Positions 9,160-19,321 of a stretch of 45,227 nt of DNA are shown here, in pieces. Source of the DNA: Candidatus Altiarchaeota archaeon (GTDB taxonomy: Archaea > Altiarchaeota > Altiarchaeia > IMC4 > SCGC-AAA252-I15); assembly GCA_043800705.1 (NCBI GenBank), contig JAZDMS010000036.1, positions 1-45,227 on the forward strand, given 5' to 3'. Below the pieces are notes generated by a model that ran no database searches, was not told the origin of the DNA, and was given only the letters and a program-made list of their open reading frames with translations. Every line of letters begins with the position of its first letter. The stretch's first letter is position 1. The translations under genes and the position numbers were made by a program.

Positions 9160-9869
9160 CACTGCTCTTTTCCGACGTCTCCGAAGATGACCTGGTGGGG
9201 CTGAAGGGTTATCCCCTTGTCCATGATGTATGGCACCAGGTTCATCATGTGGTTTGTGCCCCTCATCTTGAGGACTTCCAGGGCCCTGATCCTCGTCTTT
9301 CCGCGGCGCAGGTTGTATAGGACGATGACGCCGTCGACGAGGGACTCCAATACGCCCTGCCTGTCGTATCTGTTCGGATCCTGCTCGTTCTCGGCTACCA
9401 TGATGCTCGTGCATTTGCTTTTCCTAAGCCAGCTTATGAGCTTAAGGATGCACTGGCGCTTCTCGAACTCGCCTTCGATCATCATCTCAATGCTCGTGAG
9501 GGAGTCTATGACGACACGTTTGGCGTTCAGGCTCTGTATCGCGTCCATTATGCCTCCGTATTCGCCCTTGACGATATGGTACACATCCTCCGGCTCTACT
9601 CGTATGATCCTGAGCTTTCCGGCGTCCTCCAGCTTCTTGAGGTCCCAGCCGTGCTGGAGCATGTTATCCCTGAACTGGTCGGGCTCCTCCTCAAACGTCA
9701 CGTATACGCCGTTTTCCCCGATATGCGCCCCTTTTACGAGGTATTGCATCCCTAGAGTCGACTTCCCGGAACCGCATCCTCCCACCACGAGAATGCTGTT
9801 GTTCTCCTTGAACCCTCCCTCTATCATCTCATCAAGCCCTTTCACTCCGGTTTGGAATCTAGTTGCCAT
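9153..9869 (-). CDS. RAD55/KaiC-like single-domain ATPase
   Basis: TGVKGLDEMIEGG, Walker A GGCGSGKS, VTFEE, Walker B VVIDS, LEVLKMRGT. Confidence 0.92.
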   Translation of the reverse strand: MATRFQTGVKGLDEMIEGGFKENNSILVVGGCGSGKSTLGMQYLVKGAHIGENGVYVTFEEEPDQFRDNMLQHGWDLKKLEDAGKLRIIRVEPEDVYHIVKGEYGGIMDAIQSLNAKRVVIDSLTSIEMMIEGEFEKRQCILKLISWLRKSKCTSIMVAENEQDPNRYDRQGVLESLVDGVIVLYNLRRGKTRIRALEVLKMRGTNHMMNLVPYIMDKGITLQPHQVIFGDVGKEQCQ

Positions 9870-9920
9870 CAGACCACCTTTATCTTTTTAATGTGGACTA
9901 CTATAGGTTTAGAGTTAAAA

Positions 9921-10781
9921 ATGTTGGTTTTCGGAGGCTCGCAGTCAGCAAGCCTCGCATGGGATGTCGCAAAGGCGGCGGGGGCCGAACTCGGGAAATC
10001 CGAAGTCAGGGGTTTCCCCGACGGAGAGACTTATGTGCGGATATTGTCCGGGATAAAGCGCCGCGACTGCGCATACGTGCAGTCCATCAGGTCGAACGAC
10101 GACCTAGTCGAGGCCCTTTTGAGCATCGAGGCCATCAAGGATGCGGGGGCGCATCAGGTCCATGCGGTCCTGCCGTACCTTGCATATATGCGGCAGGACA
10201 AGAGGTTCAAGGATGGCGAGGCGCTCAGCGCCAAGACCGTGCTGAAAATGCTGCACGATGTCGCCGACTCCGTTGCCGTCGTAAACTGCCACTTCCTGAA
10301 CGGTGCCGGGCAGGCGGTGTACAATGGGATAAACTTCATGAACCTTGACGCCATGCCCCTACTCGCGAAATCCATGGGCGACAGGGTAAAGTCGCCCCTT
10401 GTAGTCGCTCCTGACAAGGGGTCACTGAGCTACGCCAAGGAGGCGGCGGGGATACTCGGCTGCGACTTCGACCACCTGTCAAAGAAGAGGCTCTCCGGCA
10501 CGGAGGTTGCCATCAAGCCGAAGGAGCTGAACGTCAAGGGGATGGACGTCTTAATCATCGACGACATCATCAGCACCGGCGGCACGATCGTCGAAGCCGT
10601 CAAGGTCATCAAGGGATGGCATCCCGGATCCGTGAGCGTCGGATGCGTGCACGGCCTATTCCTCAACGGCGTAGAATCGTTCCAGGGGGTCGCGGACATG
10701 CTCATGGCGACGAATACGCTCAACAACCCGGTGGACAAGGTGAACGTGGCGGGACTCATAGCGCAGGAACTGAAAAGATGA
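9921..10781 (+). CDS. prs: Ribose-phosphate pyrophosphokinase
   Basis: FPDGETYVR, PYLAYMRQDK, APDKG, PRPP-binding IIDDIISTGGT. ATG at 9921. Confidence 0.95.
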   Translation: MLVFGGSQSASLAWDVAKAAGAELGKSEVRGFPDGETYVRILSGIKRRDCAYVQSIRSNDDLVEALLSIEAIKDAGAHQVHAVLPYLAYMRQDKRFKDGEALSAKTVLKMLHDVADSVAVVNCHFLNGAGQAVYNGINFMNLDAMPLLAKSMGDRVKSPLVVAPDKGSLSYAKEAAGILGCDFDHLSKKRLSGTEVAIKPKELNVKGMDVLIIDDIISTGGTIVEAVKVIKGWHPGSVSVGCVHGLFLNGVESFQGVADMLMATNTLNNPVDKVNVAGLIAQELKR

Positions 10782-11629
10782 ACGCCGATCCCGGGCGATT
10801 GGCAGCTGCGGCAATCGTTATATTCCTCGTTCTTCTCCTTCTGGTCCGGTTCTTTGCGCCTGCGCAGCCGGACGGCGACGTCTGCTGGGGCAATGAGGAA
10901 TGCCTCCATGTGCGCGTATTGGACACGCCTCGCGCACGCGAGAAGGGCCTTATGGGTGTTGAAAGCCTCCCTGAGGACGAAGGGATACTCCTGGTCTTCG
11001 AAAAGCCTGGAATCCGCGGCGAGTGGATGAAGGGGATGCGTATGAATACCGACTTCATTTGGCTGGACGACGGAGGCCGCATCATCCAGATACTCGAGGA
11101 CCTCTCCCCCTGTGGGAACGATGAATGTCCCATCTACAGTTCAACCTCACCATCACTGTACGGCATCGAAGCCAATTCCGGCTATGCCCGGCGGCACAAC
11201 CTGACTGCAGGTTCATCCGCTGACATCTACTCTACGACCGATGTATGTTTCAGGAAAAACTGCCTCCTCGGCGTTTGCCTGGATTCCAGATGCGTCAGGG
11301 CCCAGGTGGCGGACGAGCCTGCGATGTGGTCCAAAGGCCTCATGTTCCGCCGCTCCATTGCCGCCGGCGGCGGGATGCTATTCGTCTTTCCGAATTCCGC
11401 AAAGCGGTCGTTTTGGATGAAGAACACAGTCGTCCCCCTTGAGATGATCTGGCTGGATTCGAACCTGACCGTCGTCGCGCTGAGCCATGCGGTCCCCTGC
11501 ACGAAGGACCCGTGCCCCGGCTATGGCCCCGGGTTCGAGACGGCGTATGTCCTCGAAGTCGCCGGCGGATTCTCCGAATCCAACGGTATCGGATTGGGGG
11601 ACAAGGCGATACTATCGGACCCTATATAA
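10778..11629 (+). CDS. Membrane-anchored protein with two tandem DUF192 domains
   Basis: Two copies of (R/K)GLM...G.LF.F...WMK...IWLD...C....C..Y......E...G. ATG overlaps the prs stop. Confidence 0.85.
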   Translation: MNADPGRLAAAAIVIFLVLLLLVRFFAPAQPDGDVCWGNEECLHVRVLDTPRAREKGLMGVESLPEDEGILLVFEKPGIRGEWMKGMRMNTDFIWLDDGGRIIQILEDLSPCGNDECPIYSSTSPSLYGIEANSGYARRHNLTAGSSADIYSTTDVCFRKNCLLGVCLDSRCVRAQVADEPAMWSKGLMFRRSIAAGGGMLFVFPNSAKRSFWMKNTVVPLEMIWLDSNLTVVALSHAVPCTKDPCPGYGPGFETAYVLEVAGGFSESNGIGLGDKAILSDPI

Positions 11630-11652
11630 TCCGCACATTCAAAATACTACAG

Positions 11653-13143
11653 ATGGCCTCAAAACGGCTCGCATACGCGGCATTCGCGTCGGGCGCCTCA
11701 GTGATGATAGTCGAGCTATTGGGCAGTCGCATCATAGCCCCCTTCTTCGGCTCATCGACCTATGTGTGGTCCGCGATCATCGGTGTGATCCTGGCGAGCA
11801 TGACCCTCGGATACCGCTACGGCGGCAGGCTCGCAGACAGGAAACCCGAACCCCAGATGCTATCCCGCATCCTCCTTGGCTCGGCGGCCTTCGTCATGCT
11901 CGTTCCGCTCATCGGCGAAGTAGCGGCCGCGTTGTCTTTGTACGCGTTCGGCTACTCGGTAGGAGCCCTATTCGCCCCCCTCATCATCCTGGCGCTGCCC
12001 GCGTTCCTCATGGGAATGGTTTCCCCCTATGCTGTGCGACTGTCAGTGAAGGGTGTGGATTCGGTCGGATCGACTTCGGGTGACCTGTATGCGGTATCGA
12101 CCGCGGGAAGCATCGCCGGCACATTGGCGTGCGGATTCGTCCTCATACCATACCTTCATCTGACGACAATATTCTACCTTGTCTGCCTGATACTTTTGTC
12201 CGCGTCCTTTGCGGTCGGCAAAGGGGCCTCAAAAGGACGCATTGCAGGGCTTGGCGCTGTCATGGTCTTGGTCGCGCTCCTTTACGCCCCCCCTGTGATA
12301 TCATTCAGCGGCAGACCCGTCATCTACTCCGAATACACACCTTACAGCAGGATCGCGATCGAAGAGGAGAACGGGGTCAGGTACCTGATGCTTGACCGCG
12401 GATTCGAGGGCGCGATGGACCTGAAAACCGGATACTCCGCATACGAATATGTCGACTACTTCGAGGTCCCATTCCTCCAAAACCCGGGCATAAAAGACGT
12501 CCTGGTAGGCGGCGGCGGCGCCGGCGTCGGCCCGAGGCAGATAAGGGCCAACCACCCGGATACCACGGTCACAGTGGCCGAGATAAATCCCCGCGTGAAC
12601 GACGCTGCGAAAAAATACTTCAACCTAGAAGAGGACGCCTCCCTGAAGGTCGAGCTTCGGGACATGCGCCTTTCCGTAAAAGAAACGGGCAGGAAATTCG
12701 ACTACGTCGTCCTGGACGCGTTCAACGATGTGTCAACCGTGCCGTACCACCTTGTCACGGGGGAATTCTTCAAGGATGTCCGCGGAGCGCTCCGTCCGGG
12801 GGGCATTTTCCTGATAAACATGCACTCGCCTCTCACCGGGCGGGACTCTATCCTTCTGTCATCTATCGCAAAGACATTGGGCGGAGAATTCGAACATCTG
12901 CAGATATACCCCCTCGGTGAAGACCCGTCATCCCGGCAGAATATAATCGTCCTCGCATCCGGCTCCCCGTTCCTCGAAGGTGACGCCCTGCTTCTTCGCG
13001 TGAAGGACACGCCGGTAATTGATGCGGACCGGCTGAGGAAAATGGCCGCCAAGGGACGGAACTACACAGCTTCCGCAGATGGGATAGCCTTCTCGGACGA
13101 CTTCAGCCCCGCGGACAGCTTGGCTGCCCGCATGCTGTCCTAA
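11653..13143 (+). CDS. Fused membrane domain / spermidine synthase-like protein
   Basis: About 7 TM N-terminal domain (ELLGSRIIAPFFGSS...W), then SAM-binding fold GGGGAG, AEINP, YVVLDAF, LRPGG. Confidence 0.88.
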   Translation: MASKRLAYAAFASGASVMIVELLGSRIIAPFFGSSTYVWSAIIGVILASMTLGYRYGGRLADRKPEPQMLSRILLGSAAFVMLVPLIGEVAAALSLYAFGYSVGALFAPLIILALPAFLMGMVSPYAVRLSVKGVDSVGSTSGDLYAVSTAGSIAGTLACGFVLIPYLHLTTIFYLVCLILLSASFAVGKGASKGRIAGLGAVMVLVALLYAPPVISFSGRPVIYSEYTPYSRIAIEEENGVRYLMLDRGFEGAMDLKTGYSAYEYVDYFEVPFLQNPGIKDVLVGGGGAGVGPRQIRANHPDTTVTVAEINPRVNDAAKKYFNLEEDASLKVELRDMRLSVKETGRKFDYVVLDAFNDVSTVPYHLVTGEFFKDVRGALRPGGIFLINMHSPLTGRDSILLSSIAKTLGGEFEHLQIYPLGEDPSSRQNIIVLASGSPFLEGDALLLRVKDTPVIDADRLRKMAAKGRNYTASADGIAFSDDFSPADSLAARMLS

Positions 13144-13790
13144 TCCTTCCATCCGTCTTGGCCGACGAGTGGCACGAACACTACTCCTCCTCTGTCCGAA
13201 TCCGTCCTCCTGCCGTCCGCCCCCTTATCCACTTCCACGAGCCTCTGGCTCCACCTGCCACCCACCGGGATTACCATCTTGCCACCCGGCTTGATCTGTT
13301 CGACGAGCGCTTCCGGGATCTTCGGCGCCGCAGCGGTGACTATTATCCTGTCATATGGGGCGTATTCGGGGACACCCAAGGTGCCGTCGCCGACGACGAC
13401 CTTGACATTGCGGTAACCCATCTCAAAAAGCAGCTTTCCAGCCTTCCCAGCCAGTTCAGGGACCCTCTCCACCGATATAATCCTGCCACTGTTTGCCAGT
13501 TCCGCCAGTATCGCGGCCTGATACCCGGAGCCTGCACCGACCTCAAGTATGCTGGAATCGTCGTCGACGCCTAGGAGCTCGGTCATTATCGCCACCATAT
13601 GGGGGGCGCTGATGGTCTGTCCCCGTCCGATCGGCACCGGCGCATCATAATACGCCGCATCCCGCATCACGGGGGGGATGAAAAGGTGGCGCTCCAACTT
13701 CCGGAATGCTGCTATGACGCGAGGGCTCGTGAGGATATTATCCGCTACGAGCCCCCCTACCATGCGGTTACGCCCTTCTTCGAAGTCCAT
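13140..13790 (-). CDS. pcm: Protein-L-isoaspartate O-methyltransferase
   Basis: GQTISAPHMV, LEVGAGSGYQAA, APYDRIIVTAA, FVPL. Confidence 0.96.
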   Translation of the reverse strand: MDFEEGRNRMVGGLVADNILTSPRVIAAFRKLERHLFIPPVMRDAAYYDAPVPIGRGQTISAPHMVAIMTELLGVDDDSSILEVGAGSGYQAAILAELANSGRIISVERVPELAGKAGKLLFEMGYRNVKVVVGDGTLGVPEYAPYDRIIVTAAAPKIPEALVEQIKPGGKMVIPVGGRWSQRLVEVDKGADGRRTDSDRGGVVFVPLVGQDGWKD

Positions 13791-13822
13791 ACGTCCGCCA
13801 GTATCCTATCTCGGGATATCCG

Positions 13823-14614
13823 TCACTTCAGTCCGAGAACGTCCGCCATGTCGTATATGTCCTCTTTCCCGTCGACGAACCTTATCGCCGCCGGGATTCC
13901 GGATGCGAAGCTGTCCCTGCTGTGGGCCACGTGCCTGAGCTCGAATCGCTCGCCCTCGCTCGTGAACATGACCGTGTGTTCGCCGACGATGTCGCCTGCC
14001 CTTATGCTGTGTATGCATATCTGCCCCCCTTTCCTGGGGCATTCTCCATGCCTGCCGTAGATGACGTCCCTCTTCATGTCAGCTCCGACGGCTTCCGTGA
14101 TGGCCTTCACCGCCTTCATCGCGGTCCCGGACGGGGCGTCCTTCTTGAACTTGTGGTGGGATTCCACGACCTCGACGTCGTATCCCCTCAGGTCCTTCGC
14201 AGCCTCTCCGACGAGCTTAAAGAATACGTTGACTCCGACGCTCATGTTCGGGCTTATCACCGCCCCCTTGAGGCTCTTCTTCAGTCTGGCCATGTCCTCG
14301 TCGGAGAACCCTGTAGTGCCTATCACCATGTTCGCGCCTGCGGCGGTCACTGCCTTCGCGTTCGCAAGGCACGCCGCCGGGGATGAGAAATCTACGACGA
14401 CGTCGGGCTTCGTCCTAGATAAGACGTCCTCCAAGGTCATGGGTTCGTCGACTTTGACTCCGATGGGCGGGCATCCCGCCAGGACGCCTATGTCCTGCCC
14501 GACGGAACCAATGTCGAATCCAGCAACTACCTTCATGTCCGATGCAGCGAAGACGCTCTTGGCAGCGGCCCTCCCCATCTTCCCCAGACCCAGGAAAGCG
14601 ACTTTTATCGTCAT
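13823..14614 (-). CDS. dapB: 4-hydroxy-tetrahydrodipicolinate reductase
   Basis: GLGKMG, VDFS, IGTTG, PNMSVGVN, ESHHKFKKDAPSGTA, RAGDIVGEH. Confidence 0.97.
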   Translation of the reverse strand: MTIKVAFLGLGKMGRAAAKSVFAASDMKVVAGFDIGSVGQDIGVLAGCPPIGVKVDEPMTLEDVLSRTKPDVVVDFSSPAACLANAKAVTAAGANMVIGTTGFSDEDMARLKKSLKGAVISPNMSVGVNVFFKLVGEAAKDLRGYDVEVVESHHKFKKDAPSGTAMKAVKAITEAVGADMKRDVIYGRHGECPRKGGQICIHSIRAGDIVGEHTVMFTSEGERFELRHVAHSRDSFASGIPAAIRFVDGKEDIYDMADVLGLK

Positions 14615-14631
14615 TTTGCGAATAAATTATT

Positions 14632-15015
14632 ATGGTCGAGGTATTAATAGTCGCAGGCAGCAAATCCGACGAGGCAATCGTCAAAAAGGCGGAGGAAACC
14701 CTGAAGGAGAACAAGGTCGAGTATGCAGTTGAATACTGCAGCGCCCACAGGGAGCCGGACAGGCTCGATCGGATAATCAGAGAGTCAAAGGCGAGGGTGT
14801 TCATCTGCGTCGCAGGCTTATCCGCGGCGCTTCCCGGCGTCGTCGCATCCAAGACCATGAAGCCGGTCATAGGAGTCCCCGTCGAATCCAAGCTCGGAGG
14901 CCTCGATGCGCTCCTGTCCGTGGTCCAGATGCCCCCCGGCGTGCCGGTGGCGTGCGTCGGAATAGACAACGGGAAGAACGCGGCACTGCTTGCGATTAGG
15001 ATACTGCGCTCGTAA
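14632..15015 (+). CDS. purE: N5-CAIR mutase / AIR carboxylase
   Basis: [40 protein letters not shown]. Confidence 0.95.
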   Translation: MVEVLIVAGSKSDEAIVKKAEETLKENKVEYAVEYCSAHREPDRLDRIIRESKARVFICVAGLSAALPGVVASKTMKPVIGVPVESKLGGLDALLSVVQMPPGVPVACVGIDNGKNAALLAIRILRS

Positions 15016-15025
15016 GGGAACCACA

Positions 15026-15613
15026 ATGCCTGCATACAGGAACAACCTCGGCGGCGACGGGGCATCGGAGCCTGCCAGACGGGCACTTTTCAAGCCTGAA
15101 GAGCTGGAGGGTCCCAGCATAGCGATCGTAAGGATGAATGCGCAAGCGACCCTGGACGGCCTGCATCGCCGGGATCAGAGGATCGTCGGACTCATGCTCT
15201 CCGTCCCAAAGATCGGATTCCAGATGCTTGCAGAAGGCCTCAACAGGTCCATGGACTCCCTCATCGACACCCAGCTTAAGGGCATGGGCATCACTCCATC
15301 CTCTTCGACCGACAAGATCGTGGAAGAAGGCGGGGTAAGGTCGTCCATAGACATGGCTCTTGTGAAGGATGTCATAATCCCCAACCTTCTGCCCCTAATC
15401 GGAGTACTCGTCGAACCGTACCCCCCAAAGAAGGATGCTCTCAGGCCAATCGGCCAGATGTGCCTTGATGCTTTCAGGCAGGACTACCCCGGACTCGACC
15501 CGAGGTTGCTGCAGATTTATCCAAAAGAGAAGGCTGAAGCATACGCGGGAAGAGAAGCGGATAACATATTCGTCCTCAAACCGACTGATGGAAAGAAGCC
15601 GGGCGAAGGATGA
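15026..15613 (+). CDS. Hypothetical protein
   Basis: ORF directly after purE. ATG 15026 avoids overlap. No recognisable motif. Confidence 0.65.
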   Translation: MPAYRNNLGGDGASEPARRALFKPEELEGPSIAIVRMNAQATLDGLHRRDQRIVGLMLSVPKIGFQMLAEGLNRSMDSLIDTQLKGMGITPSSSTDKIVEEGGVRSSIDMALVKDVIIPNLLPLIGVLVEPYPPKKDALRPIGQMCLDAFRQDYPGLDPRLLQIYPKEKAEAYAGREADNIFVLKPTDGKKPGEG

Positions 15614-15672
15614 CAAGACGCCTTAAAGCCTGCGGCATATATGACACTATGGACTCATCCCCCCAAATGGGC

Positions 15673-16224
15673 TCACCTCATCCTCTTCGCCACCGCGGCC
15701 AGGTTCTCCAATAGCTGCGCGATGAGCTTCTTTGCGGCCTCGTCCGTCAGATTCCCGCCCTGGTCGAACTTGTCCTTCGCGAATGAGATCATTATCTCCG
15801 GCTTGCAGACGACATTTGCATCGAATCCGACAAGGACCTGCCTGAGGTGGTGCTGCATCCTCACCGTCCCGAACCTTCCGGTACTCGCCCCCATAATCGC
15901 GGCGGGCTTACCCTCCCAGACGCTTTCCGCCGTAGGCCTCGATGCCCAGTCGATGGCGTTCTTCAGGACGCCCGGGATGGAGTAGTTGTACTCCGGGCTG
16001 CAAAACAGGACGGCATCCGCTGCATTCACCCTCTGCTTGAAGGCTTTGACAGCATCCGGCATGTCAGACAGATCGTCCTCGTTGTATGGGGTGATATCCC
16101 CTATCCCGGCCTCCTCCAACGTCGCACCCCGCGGCAACAGCTCCTTCGCGGCATGAAGCAGCATCCTGTTGTACGAGCCCTTCCTCAGGCTTCCGCATAT
16201 TCCGACAATCCTATAACCCGCCAT
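15673..16224 (-). CDS. NADPH-dependent FMN reductase (ChrR/SsuE-like)
   Basis: GSLRKGSYN, PEYNYSIPGVLKNAIDWASR, GKPAAIMGAS. ATG at 16224. Confidence 0.93.
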   Translation of the reverse strand: MAGYRIVGICGSLRKGSYNRMLLHAAKELLPRGATLEEAGIGDITPYNEDDLSDMPDAVKAFKQRVNAADAVLFCSPEYNYSIPGVLKNAIDWASRPTAESVWEGKPAAIMGASTGRFGTVRMQHHLRQVLVGFDANVVCKPEIMISFAKDKFDQGGNLTDEAAKKLIAQLLENLAAVAKRMR

Positions 16225-16270
16225 AATAGAGATATCTCGCGGATAATAATAACAAAAACAATACCCTAAC

Positions 16271-16621
16271 ATGCGATACATCGGCGTCTTCATAGCGATC
16301 ATCTTCGTGCTGTCTATGGCCGGCTGCGGGAAGAGGAACGAGATACCCTCAGCCGACGACTGCAACCGCATGATGGACCGGAAGATGCGAAGCGACTGCA
16401 TCTACAACATGAGCATCGGAAACCGCAACCCATCATACTGCAAAGACATTACCGACATGGCTTTGCGGGCGAAATGCGTAAGCGACATCTCCATCATGCT
16501 GGACAACGAAGCCTACTGCTACCAGAGCGACAAGCTCTCCGTCAAAGAAGACTGCGAACGGAAGGTGGCTGATGCAAGAAAAGCCAGAAAAGCCAATATT
16601 ACAAACATCACCAGCCCTTAA
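16271..16621 (+). CDS. Small lipoprotein with Cys repeats
   Basis: Signal peptide ending MAGC, then three C-x(9)-C repeats spaced about 25 aa. Confidence 0.75.
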   Translation: MRYIGVFIAIIFVLSMAGCGKRNEIPSADDCNRMMDRKMRSDCIYNMSIGNRNPSYCKDITDMALRAKCVSDISIMLDNEAYCYQSDKLSVKEDCERKVADARKARKANITNITSP

Positions 16622-18206
16622 GGAACGCCTTGCCCCTTCTGAGGGTGTGATACCTCTTCCCGAACCTGTGGACCTCGTCCCTCACGGCCTGAAGAAGCAG
16701 AAGAGCGGGGCTGTCCTTTGCGAGCCTAACAGGTTCCCTCCTGCCTGGCAGATAAACCTCCTCATCCCTCTTCGCCAAGGCGAGGACAGGTATCCCTGCA
16801 GGTATGTGTTTCACAACTGCGCTAATCTGTGCTCTGCCGCCGTCCAGAAGGACGAGCTCCGGAGTCGCCCACTCGTCGTGGCGAAACCTCCGCCGCACCA
16901 TCTCAGCCAGGTTTTCAGGATCGTTCTGTCCCATGCCCCGGATCCTGAACCTCCTATACTGCCCCTTGTCCGGCCTGCCACCCGTGAACACCACCATCCC
17001 CCCCGCAGTCTCCTTCTCTCCCAGGTTGCTGATGTCGTAGCCTTCGATCCGCTGTGGCGGCCTGCCAAGCCTGAATATCTGCATCAACAGCTCAAGGGGG
17101 TCTTTAGCCCTGGATTTCAGCATATCCTGCCTTATCTGGAGGATGCTGTTGCCGACCGCCATATCCGCAAGCTTGCGCTTCCTTCCCCTGACGGCTGTCA
17201 TGATCGAGACCTTCGACCCCGTCATCCTCTCCAACACTTCCCCCAAAAGCCCCCTGTCAGCGGGCTCCTCAGAAGTCACGATCCTCTTCGGCGTAAGGTC
17301 CGCCGCCGTATAATGCTGCTTGATGAACGCCTTCATCGACTCCCCTGGACTGTCCGCATATGCTCCCGTCAGCGGGTGGTGTAGGATCGCGACAACCCTG
17401 TGGCCTCTGACCACAAGCTGGGCCATATTTGCCCTGCCCTCGAGGAAGCCGTAGCCGAGGACGTCCATGTCCTCCAGCTTCGCGGAGGAAACGTCCTGCC
17501 TGTGTGAGATGGATTCCACGGCGAATAGGATATCCCGAAGCTCCCTCGCCCGCTCGAATTGAAGCCTTTTTCCCAACTCCTTTATCTCCGCCCTAAGGTA
17601 CTTTCGCAAACCCTTGAAGTCCCCGCCGAGGAACCTTATCGCGAACTGAACAAGCTCGGAATATTCCCCCCTGCCGATGACCTTACAGGGCCCGGAACAC
17701 CTCCCCATCACGTGGTTGATACACGGCCTCTCAACCCTCCTAAGGTCGTTTTTACACTGTCTGAGCCCGAAAAAGTCCCCGAGCATCCCCACCACCCTCC
17801 TGACAGCCAGCGAATCCGTATAAGGGCCGAAATACCTCGACCCGTCAGGCTCCACACGCCTTACGACCTCAGCTCTCGGATACTCTTCCCCGACAGTCAC
17901 CCTGATATACGGGTATCTCTTGTCGTCCTTGAGCCGGACATTGTACCTGGGCTGGTTCTGCTTGACCAGGGCATCCTCGAGGATCAAAGCCTCCTCTGCA
18001 TTCTGCGTGACGACCGTCTGGACGGACGCGGCATTCTCGACGAGCCTGGCAGTCTTCTGATCCAGCGGATTAATATAGCCCCTGAGCCTTTCCCTCAGGT
18101 TCTCGGCCTTCCCGACGTATAGGATCCTGCCGCCGGCTTCCTTCCAAAGGTAGACACCCGACATCTTGGGTGCGTTCGCTATCGTGGCTAAGATGCCGTC
18201 TTCCAT
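16608..18206 (-). CDS. uvrC: Excinuclease ABC subunit C (no C-terminal HhH)
   Basis: GIY-YIG (GVY...YVGKA..LR.R), 4-Cys cluster, UVR motif (FERARELRD), RNase H-like EGYDISN, LLDGG, RDEVHRF. Confidence 0.95.
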   Translation of the reverse strand: MEDGILATIANAPKMSGVYLWKEAGGRILYVGKAENLRERLRGYINPLDQKTARLVENAASVQTVVTQNAEEALILEDALVKQNQPRYNVRLKDDKRYPYIRVTVGEEYPRAEVVRRVEPDGSRYFGPYTDSLAVRRVVGMLGDFFGLRQCKNDLRRVERPCINHVMGRCSGPCKVIGRGEYSELVQFAIRFLGGDFKGLRKYLRAEIKELGKRLQFERARELRDILFAVESISHRQDVSSAKLEDMDVLGYGFLEGRANMAQLVVRGHRVVAILHHPLTGAYADSPGESMKAFIKQHYTAADLTPKRIVTSEEPADRGLLGEVLERMTGSKVSIMTAVRGRKRKLADMAVGNSILQIRQDMLKSRAKDPLELLMQIFRLGRPPQRIEGYDISNLGEKETAGGMVVFTGGRPDKGQYRRFRIRGMGQNDPENLAEMVRRRFRHDEWATPELVLLDGGRAQISAVVKHIPAGIPVLALAKRDEEVYLPGRREPVRLAKDSPALLLLQAVRDEVHRFGKRYHTLRRGKAFLKGW

Positions 18207-18231
18207 GTCATGAATAATGACGGACTAACGC

Positions 18232-18987
18232 TTATATCTTCGCTTCCATGCACCGGTCTGCGAAGGCTGTGGCCTTACCCAGGGTGAACTCCCCCGTCAG
18301 ATCTTCGCCGTTGGCAGGGCACAGAAGCTGCGGCGCATAGTCGGAGTTGTCGAACCCCTGCATGCACTCTGATAGCAGCTTCTTCTCCTCGGGGGAGGAT
18401 TCGTCGACTACAAAGACCTTGTATTTGGTGTTCTCGTCGAAGTTCGCGTTCTTCAGTTCATCGACCACGGCATCCATCTTGGTGCAGAGGGTGCAGTCCT
18501 TGCTACTCCTGTGATAGACAACCGTGTTAACGCCGACACCGTACCTGGAGACGCATGCGCGGATCCTCTGCATCTCGCCATCGAACAGGCTGCACGAAGC
18601 CGCCAGACCCGCGACGTCGCATAGCTGGTGGGCTATGTTATATTTGCTCCTGCCGTCCCCCAAAGTCATCCGCTGCCTGTATTCGACGATGACGTTCGGC
18701 TTCTCTACGACTTCGCTGACGTAGAACCGGACCGGGGCGCCGACGTCCTGGCTGAGGATGTCCATCATGCGGTCGTCGTAGTAGCTCGTACAGTAGTCGC
18801 ACTCCCCGGGCTTGTTCAGGTCGCAGTCGACGCACCTTGACGGATAAATATATGAGACGCTAAGGTTCTCCCTCGGATAGACCGTATTATTGACATATAC
18901 CGTGTTCACCCCCGCCCCAGACAAAACATAGGCCGCTAAAGCGATGCACAAAATACCCAAAGCCGCTGAAACCAATTTATAGTCCAT
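18232..18987 (-). CDS. Membrane-anchored Cys-rich protein with thioredoxin-like CxxC motifs
   Basis: N-terminal TM; CVDC, CDYC and CTLC; last domain has a Trx-like pattern (CTLC...APQL). Confidence 0.65.
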   Translation of the reverse strand: MDYKLVSAALGILCIALAAYVLSGAGVNTVYVNNTVYPRENLSVSYIYPSRCVDCDLNKPGECDYCTSYYDDRMMDILSQDVGAPVRFYVSEVVEKPNVIVEYRQRMTLGDGRSKYNIAHQLCDVAGLAASCSLFDGEMQRIRACVSRYGVGVNTVVYHRSSKDCTLCTKMDAVVDELKNANFDENTKYKVFVVDESSPEEKKLLSECMQGFDNSDYAPQLLCPANGEDLTGEFTLGKATAFADRCMEAKI

Positions 18988-19092
18988 TTTTCACCCATAA
19001 AACGAAATATATACTATGACGATGTAAATATAAAAACCCTCCTGTGTTCAGGAGTGGAACGGAAAAATACGCTCAATATCCAAGAATGCCGA

Positions 19093-19123
19093 GGCGGATG
19101 CGACTCCTTCGGAGTCGCCCGCC
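19093..19123. repeat. GC-rich hairpin upstream of tRNA
   Basis: GGCGG-AT-GCGACTC [CTTCG] GAGTCGC-CCGCC: 12-bp stem with a 2-nt bulge. Confidence 0.6.
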
Positions 19124-19177
19124 CCAGCGTCTACGATACGCAAGTAGAAACATACATTCACCCATTTACTACACGAC

Positions 19178-19278
19178 GCCGGGGTGGCAGAGCCCGGTTC
19201 AACGCGCACGCCTGGAAATCAACCAAACCAGGAAGCGTGTCCCGAAAGGGAACTTGAGTTCAAATCTCAACCCCGGCG
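19178..19278 (+). tRNA. tRNA-Ser(GGA) with 16-nt intron (19218-19233) at canonical 37/38
   Basis: Acceptor GCCGGGG/CCCCGGC + G73, anticodon stem CACGC/GCGTG, loop CTGGAA^A, BHB helix CTGG/CCAG flanked by AAA and GAA bulges, variable arm CCC-GAAA-GGG, T arm TTGAG-TTCAAAT-CTCAA. Confidence 0.95.
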
Positions 19279-19321
19279 TTCACAATCGTTGGTCTACAGA
19301 CCAATACTTCCATCAATAACT

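Noticed and set aside
9153-9869. Circadian KaiC clock
   Set aside because: Single-domain RAD55/KaiC-like ATPase common in archaea, with no kaiA/kaiB.
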